This document shows, in pieces, positions 58,744 to 64,000 of a DNA stretch of 64,000 nucleotides. Both the position numbers and the translations under genes were made by a program. Position 1 is the first letter of the stretch, and the number at the start of each line of letters is the position of its first letter. The stretch lies in the IMG/VR virus record IMGVR_UViG_3300031813_000006, positions 59,598-123,597 of that record; one strand, given 5' to 3'. The stretch is from a virus. Taxonomy: Duplodnaviria; Caudoviricetes. Below the pieces are notes generated by a model. The model made no database searches, was not told where the DNA came from, and worked only from the letters and a program-made list of their open reading frames with translations.

Positions 58744-59044
58744 TAAAACCAAACAAATGAAAAAACCAGAAACAAATGCTCCGGCAAAGAAAACTGCTAC
58801 AAAACCTGCAGTTAAAAAAGAAGCAAAAACAGGTATGAAGATTGTTCATAGGTCTAAACCTAAAAAAGAAAAAGAAAAAGAAGAAATGATTTCTATTTCT
58901 AAAAAAAGACATGAAACTATGCTGTTTTATATCAATGTTTTGGAAGAATCAATTGGATCTTTATTACTTGAGCTTATAAAAGTAGAAGAAAAGCTTTCAA
59001 AGCGTGACAAATCAGTTAAAAAACCTGTTAATAAATCAACTTAA
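58727..59044 (+). CDS. Lys-rich hypothetical protein
   Basis: PAKKTATKPAVKK N-terminus; true start may be the second Met. Confidence 0.55.
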   Translation: MDYLFNKTKQMKKPETNAPAKKTATKPAVKKEAKTGMKIVHRSKPKKEKEKEEMISISKKRHETMLFYINVLEESIGSLLLELIKVEEKLSKRDKSVKKPVNKST

Positions 59045-59215
59045 TTAAAAAACGTAATTAAACATGCAGAATTAATACTTTCTGGAGATACTGTAACTTT
59101 TTATGATATTTTACCTCAGTTATACATTCCAAATTTTGAAAAACCGGTTGAGATTGTTTCAAATATTACAGTAATTCCTCATCTTGCATTATACATGTTT
59201 TAAAACCAAATAATT

Positions 59216-59452
59216 ATGACAAAGAATGACAAAAAAGTAATGAATCTTAAACAAGATATCATTGATGCTGAAGTAGAATTAAATGATGCTCAAGATTATC
59301 TTGACTCTAAAGAATGTGAAATGACAGAAGGAGAAGTTGATTCTCATAATGCATGGTTAAAATACCAACGCGCTCACATTCAATCTTTACATAAACAAAT
59401 CAATACTATATTAGCAGGTGCTAAAGTAGCAGTGTTTGATTATGAATTTTAA
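59216..59452 (+). CDS. Small coiled-coil protein
   Basis: 78 aa followed by hairpin AAGTCCCGGG...CCCGGGCTT. Confidence 0.6.
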   Translation: MTKNDKKVMNLKQDIIDAEVELNDAQDYLDSKECEMTEGEVDSHNAWLKYQRAHIQSLHKQINTILAGAKVAVFDYEF

Positions 59453-59569
59453 AAAAGTCCCGGGTTAATATCCCGGGCTTATTAATGCATCATAACCATT
59501 TTCCAAAGGAATGGCTCTTAGGGATAAGAGAATGCAGATGGATAAAAAGAAATTTATAAAAACCCAAAT

Positions 59570-60454
59570 ATGAAAACAGAAAGTGTATTTTTAGGTGATC
59601 ATGGATTATCATCTTCAGAAGCTAATCATATTGCTAATGTGACTAAAGAATTATCAGTTAACATAGGTAGAGAAATTGAGTCAGTTTCTCTATTTGAAAA
59701 GACAATTACTGATAAAAAAGGAACATATCCTTATAATTTTATTAATCCTATTCCTGAAAACTTTGAAAAAATGTTTTTCACAGAAGGAGAATTGTATGCT
59801 TTATCTGCTTGGTTAAGAGAGGGTATTAAAGCAAAAGATCAAATGATGGAATCTATAAGGAAGTCATCATTGGGTAGTCTAGGTTTTGAGAGATATCCTC
59901 AGCCTGTTTTGAAACCTGTATTATCTCTTCCTGAAGAGCAAGATATGATTGAGCATTTAACTATTGCTGAACGTGCTGAATATCTTAAATATGAATCTTT
60001 AGCCGCACATCTTGGTAAAAAGATTCATAAAAATGGATTACTTGACAGTTGGAAAATGAAGATTTCTGATTCTAAACCTTATTATGCTGAAGTATTTGGA
60101 CAAGAACATGCCACTATTCAATGTAAGGTTTTAATTCCATTAGAAACTATTCAGAAGTTATCCTTAGATCTTCAAAAAGAGTGGAGAGAATATGAGTCTA
60201 AAGTCAATTATTATAAGGCTAAACTCAATAATCTTTACAATGATGAAGTCTCTAGGATTAATACAGCAAATGCTATGATTCATTCAGAGAATAGTAAACT
60301 CATCCAAAATGAGATTAGTACTAATCAGATTATTTATAATCAATATGAAGCCAAGAAAGCTGAATTGATTAAAGAAATATCTGGAAAGAAGATTATTATT
60401 CCTCATACTCTTCAAAGTACTCTTGATTTTATTTTAGCATTTGCTAAGAAATAG
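59570..60454 (+). CDS. All-helical coiled-coil protein of unknown function
   Basis: 294 aa; GLSSSEANHIAN, AWLREGIKAK, EYLKYESLAAHLGKKIH motifs; heptads in C-terminal half. Confidence 0.75.
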   Translation: MKTESVFLGDHGLSSSEANHIANVTKELSVNIGREIESVSLFEKTITDKKGTYPYNFINPIPENFEKMFFTEGELYALSAWLREGIKAKDQMMESIRKSSLGSLGFERYPQPVLKPVLSLPEEQDMIEHLTIAERAEYLKYESLAAHLGKKIHKNGLLDSWKMKISDSKPYYAEVFGQEHATIQCKVLIPLETIQKLSLDLQKEWREYESKVNYYKAKLNNLYNDEVSRINTANAMIHSENSKLIQNEISTNQIIYNQYEAKKAELIKEISGKKIIIPHTLQSTLDFILAFAKK

Positions 60455-60460
60455 CATTAT

Positions 60461-61211
60461 ATTCCCAGTGATAGCAATATCATACTTTATGTAAGAGCTT
60501 AAATGAGTTGTTTTCAACTTAAATATGACATAAAAGAAGTACAAAAGTTTTTACTTTTGGCTGGGATTAATTTTATCTACATAGGTGGGAGCTATAAGCA
60601 TAGAGAGATGTCCTAGTCAGGATACGGAGGCGGTGTTAAATACTTGATAAGGGGACCACAATGTAGAGTTGTTTGAAATTTGATTCCTTATTTAATAAGC
60701 TGATGAAGATTATTATTTACTTGTATAAACTGGGTTATAGCCATAAAATGAAGAAACCAGAATTTAACATAATGACTGACTTACACTTTCAAAGTAAAGT
60801 GAATCTTATTTAATAGGTGAAAAATACTGATTCTGATATACAGATGAATGTTTTTCTTTACATTACAAATTATAGATACTGAACTTCTATAAACTAAAGC
60901 GGCGTAGTGCCCTACAAATTTAATAAGGCATACTCTGACCAGGTGCCTTATTAGAACTCCGCGTTTCTCTCAAACTTAATATAATTGCCATTGAAGTCCT
61001 TACAGAATGAAACACTTCTGATAAATAAGGATGGAGGCAAAACAGTCTTTGTTTGTGTTTGAGCTTTTGAGAGAGAAACGGTCTTTGTTTTAGTTTTTAT
61101 TTTTGTCTACATTCTATAATTTGTAATGACTATTTTAATTTAACATTCTCATGAAACACATTAAAAGAACATTCATTTACATTTTGTACAAAATCTTAGA
61201 TTTATTTCACC
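60461..61211 (+). ncRNA. Large structured ncRNA candidate (~750 nt)
   Basis: No ORF of 60 aa or more on either strand; nested stems of 16, 10, 10, 9 and 7 bp plus many hairpins; strand inferred from context. Confidence 0.6.
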
Positions 61212-61227
61212 GTAAACAACTTAAGAA

Positions 61228-61635
61228 ATGGAAGAAAAATTGATTAATAATCCTTTATATAGATTACAGATCTATTTAAAGATTCATTATCTTCTTACAA
61301 GTAAAGTAGGTGTAGAAAATGACGCGTATCAAGTAGGATTATGTGATCTTGTGGCACATTTAAGTACGTATGACATCAGTGAGTTTCCAGAACTCAATGC
61401 ATACCGTCCTATAGATCTAGATGCCCAATCTTATCCATGGTTTAAGACCCACCAAGAACGGGTTGATGCAGTAGAAACAGCTATTAATAGCATAACAGAC
61501 ATTGTAAATATGCCAATAAACTCATTTGATGATTATAATGACCATAAACATGATTACACATGGCTTAAGATTGTAACATTCATTGGAATTTCTATATTAG
61601 CCATAATGCATTTAGTAGAATTAGCTACTAAATAA
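61228..61635 (+). CDS. Hypothetical protein with C-terminal TM helix
   Basis: 135 aa; WLKIVTFIGISILAIMHLV. Confidence 0.6.
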   Translation: MEEKLINNPLYRLQIYLKIHYLLTSKVGVENDAYQVGLCDLVAHLSTYDISEFPELNAYRPIDLDAQSYPWFKTHQERVDAVETAINSITDIVNMPINSFDDYNDHKHDYTWLKIVTFIGISILAIMHLVELATK

Positions 61636-61639
61636 TATT

Positions 61640-61691
61640 AAATCTAGGTGCTCAATGGGAGCTTTATTGGGTTCAAATCCCACCTGGATTT
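61640..61691 (+). ncRNA. Minimal tRNA mimic lacking the anticodon arm
   Basis: AAATCTAGG/CCTGGATTT stem, GCTC-AATGG-GAGC D-like hairpin, TGGG-TTCAAAT-CCCA T arm. Confidence 0.6.
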
Positions 61692-61735
61692 CTAAATTAA
61701 TAATAAAAAATTAAACAATAAATCTTTAGAAGATT

Positions 61736-62452
61736 ATGAAAATCAAAGACATCAAAGATCCAAAAGTACAGCAAATGGCTGTAGTGGAAGCAATCAAACA
61801 TAACCCAAAAAACACTCTTAAAAATATTTTAAAACTTAACTTAATAGCTGCATTTAATTGGGGTAAATCACCACAAGGATCATTTTTTTGGGATAAGGTT
61901 CTTTTTGAAAAAACACCAAAATACACCGACAAAGATTTGTGGTATAAAGATACAAGTGGTAGCCAAATAATTCAGTGCGAAACACACAATTACAAATCAT
62001 CTCTTGTTGAGCAATGGATAAGACTTGCAACACCAGAAGAAGTTTATAAACACTTAAAACAAAAAGACATGACTAACCCAACTTATGGTAAAAACACCAT
62101 TTATAAACAAGAAGAACCTGAAGTACAAAAAGATGCCTCTACTTTACACAAGCCAATGTGTAATGACTGGGAAACCTACGCTATTCAACTAGAGCAAGAT
62201 GTTAAAGATTTAAAGTTTAAGATTGCCAACCTAGAAGCAAATAAGGATTGGTTATCTTCACAAAACGAGAAGTTAAACAAACTGGTGGATGAGATTGAAT
62301 CCAACTGCGAAGATCAAACAAATCCAAGAATGAAGTTAAATGCTATTCACCGATTAATCTATTTACACCGCAACCCATCCTTAGTAGGCACTACCCATAC
62401 GGTTGAGATTGATGGTAAAAAGTATGAAGTACAAGTAATAAAAAAAATATAA
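61736..62452 (+). CDS. Hypothetical multidomain protein
   Basis: 238 aa; AFNWGKSPQGSFFW motif, coiled coil. Confidence 0.6.
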   Translation: MKIKDIKDPKVQQMAVVEAIKHNPKNTLKNILKLNLIAAFNWGKSPQGSFFWDKVLFEKTPKYTDKDLWYKDTSGSQIIQCETHNYKSSLVEQWIRLATPEEVYKHLKQKDMTNPTYGKNTIYKQEEPEVQKDASTLHKPMCNDWETYAIQLEQDVKDLKFKIANLEANKDWLSSQNEKLNKLVDEIESNCEDQTNPRMKLNAIHRLIYLHRNPSLVGTTHTVEIDGKKYEVQVIKKI

Positions 62453-62536
62453 AAAAGCTATCGCTTAAATCAAATACTTGCGATGAAGCTCTAAAAATTG
62501 TTAAAGTAAAATATTTAATATGAGAACTAAATAAAA

Positions 62537-63055
62537 ATGAAATATAAAATAAAATATTTTTTTGAAAGTTTACTTTTCTTAAAATCTTTAAATTCTCCGT
62601 TTAAACCTTTTAAATTAATCTTTTATTATGGAAATACTTCTATAGGTGTTCCATACTTCTTGCCGAGAAAATGGGTTAAAGATAAAGAAAATGGTCGTTT
62701 AAAATCTGTCCCGAAAAAATTTGGATTTGATTTTTGTTCTTTGGGTTGGAAAACAAAGTGGGATGAGACTGATTTTAGGTTTGAATGGTCTCCTGTACTA
62801 TCATTTGTTTGTTTTAATAAACAGACAGCAATAATTGTGCAAGCACAAGAAATGAGTCAGTATTGGGAAACCTGGCTTTATTACGAAAAATTTACAGATA
62901 AAAATTTAAGCCAAGAAGATAGAGTAAAACAATTGATTAAAGAATGTTCCAATATCTATATAGTTTATAAGAACAACTCACAAGAAACAGTAAACTACAA
63001 TTATTCAATTCTTAAACCCAAATGGCATTACTTATTAAAAAATAATGCTATTTGA
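62537..63055 (+). CDS. Hypothetical aromatic-rich protein
   Basis: 172 aa; LGWKTKW...RFEWSP motif. Confidence 0.6.
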   Translation: MKYKIKYFFESLLFLKSLNSPFKPFKLIFYYGNTSIGVPYFLPRKWVKDKENGRLKSVPKKFGFDFCSLGWKTKWDETDFRFEWSPVLSFVCFNKQTAIIVQAQEMSQYWETWLYYEKFTDKNLSQEDRVKQLIKECSNIYIVYKNNSQETVNYNYSILKPKWHYLLKNNAI

Positions 63056-63130
63056 AAAAAAATAAATTTGATAGATTGAAATAAAATAATATTATTGGTC
63101 TTTGTTATAACCAATTAAAACATAGAAAAG

Positions 63131-63457
63131 ATGTTAGAAGCAAGTGATTTTGATTATTTGTCAAATGAATTTAAAGTAACCAAAGGCAGTATAGGTATTG
63201 ATTTAGTATCATTAAAGAATGATAAATTATCAATTCATATTGGAATTAATGGAGTTAAGTTTGACCGAGATGTATCGAAACTTAGAATGTCTATAGCAAC
63301 AGAACGTGTTGATATTAGGTTACTTGAAAATGTAGAAGTGTCAAAAAAATACATACCAAGAACAAGCGAACAATTATCCGAATTGATTGATGAATTTAAA
63401 TATAAAGGTATTCGTAATGTAAGTAATGAAGATATTTTGAAATTTTTATCAAAATAA
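63131..63457 (+). CDS. Hypothetical protein
   Basis: 108 aa ORF. Confidence 0.55.
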   Translation: MLEASDFDYLSNEFKVTKGSIGIDLVSLKNDKLSIHIGINGVKFDRDVSKLRMSIATERVDIRLLENVEVSKKYIPRTSEQLSELIDEFKYKGIRNVSNEDILKFLSK

Positions 63458-63517
63458 TTTGGTAGAACCAAAATAATTACTTATCTATGTTTCATAACCA
63501 ATTAAAAGATAGAAATC

Positions 63518-64000
63518 ATGAAACAACTATTGATTAAATTAAACGCTTGTCAAGAAGCTAAAGAATGGGCATCAGACAAGACATGGGAAGAGATTTACAA
63601 CACTTGCCATAGAGGTGATTGGCTTTTGTGGCTGCACCAACGAACAAATAAAAAAGACTTGCAAGTAAGAACACTAGCCAAAGGACATTGTGCTAATACT
63701 GTAACGCATTTGATGCAAGACGAGAGAAGCATAGTAGCTATTGATACTGCTATTGCATTTGGTGAGGGTAGGGCGACACGCGCAGAATTAGATTCTGCTG
63801 CTCGTGCTGCTGCTCGTGCTGCGGATGTTGCTTTTAATTCTACTTATTCTGCTTATTCTGCTTCGGAGGCTGCTTATTATGCAGCTGATGCTTCTTATTA
63901 TGCAGCTGATGCTTATTCTGCTTCGGAGGCTGCTAGTGCTGCTGCTAATGCTGCTGAGGCTGCTGCTGATGCTGCTGCTGAGGCTGCTGTTTATGTTGCT
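63518..64000 (+). CDS. Ala-rich repeat protein (Imm5-like phage family), runs off the right edge
   Basis: MKQLLIKLNACQEAKEW...CHRGDWLLWL...DERS...A.AF.EG.AT..EL then AAxAA/AAYY repeats. Confidence 0.7.
   Translation, partial: MKQLLIKLNACQEAKEWASDKTWEEIYNTCHRGDWLLWLHQRTNKKDLQVRTLAKGHCANTVTHLMQDERSIVAIDTAIAFGEGRATRAELDSAARAAARAADVAFNSTYSAYSASEAAYYAADASYYAADAYSASEAASAAANAAEAAADAAAEAAVYVA

Noticed and set aside
60461-61211. Group I/II intron or tmRNA
   Set aside because: Does not interrupt a gene; I could not find group I core, domain V or tmRNA terminal motifs by eye, though an Rfam scan is still needed
63795-64000. GCT-rich tandem repeat as a non-coding repeat
   Set aside because: Explained by the Ala-rich coding repeats of the last gene

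Overview
This 64-kb window is an AT-rich segment of a Crassvirales (crAss-like) podophage genome, very probably infecting a Bacteroidota host. That host call rests on TAnnTTTG -7 promoter boxes, A-rich leaders without Shine-Dalgarno sites, and Bacteroidota-type surface-protein repeats in the fibre. Bases 1-51.6 kb form one minus-strand late/virion module in crAss-like order: small genes, holin-like gene, thyX, amidase, wHTH, IHF-like, Zn-finger, PD-(D/E)xK nuclease, TerL, portal, scaffold-like, MCP, ring and capsid accessory genes, Cys-rich fibre genes, IHF-like, ring proteins, muzzle, and large cargo proteins running off the left edge. After a GC-rich switch point at about 51.95 kb the plus strand carries small early/accessory genes separated by unusually structured intergenic DNA. 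The standard genetic code fits and no intron, intein, CRISPR array or DGR is visible. The best candidate for an undescribed system is a coiled-coil protein gene (59570-60454) followed by a ~750-nt nested-stem ncRNA containing a G-phased hexamer array. Other leads are two tRNA mimics lacking a functional anticodon arm within an ncRNA-rich region, about 20 recurring xxGG motifs dividing a cargo protein into modules, a tandem HiPIP-like protein in the virion module, and a repeated TGCCCCCG-N10/11-GATA early-promoter-like motif. All family assignments come from motif recognition and gene order, not from database searches.
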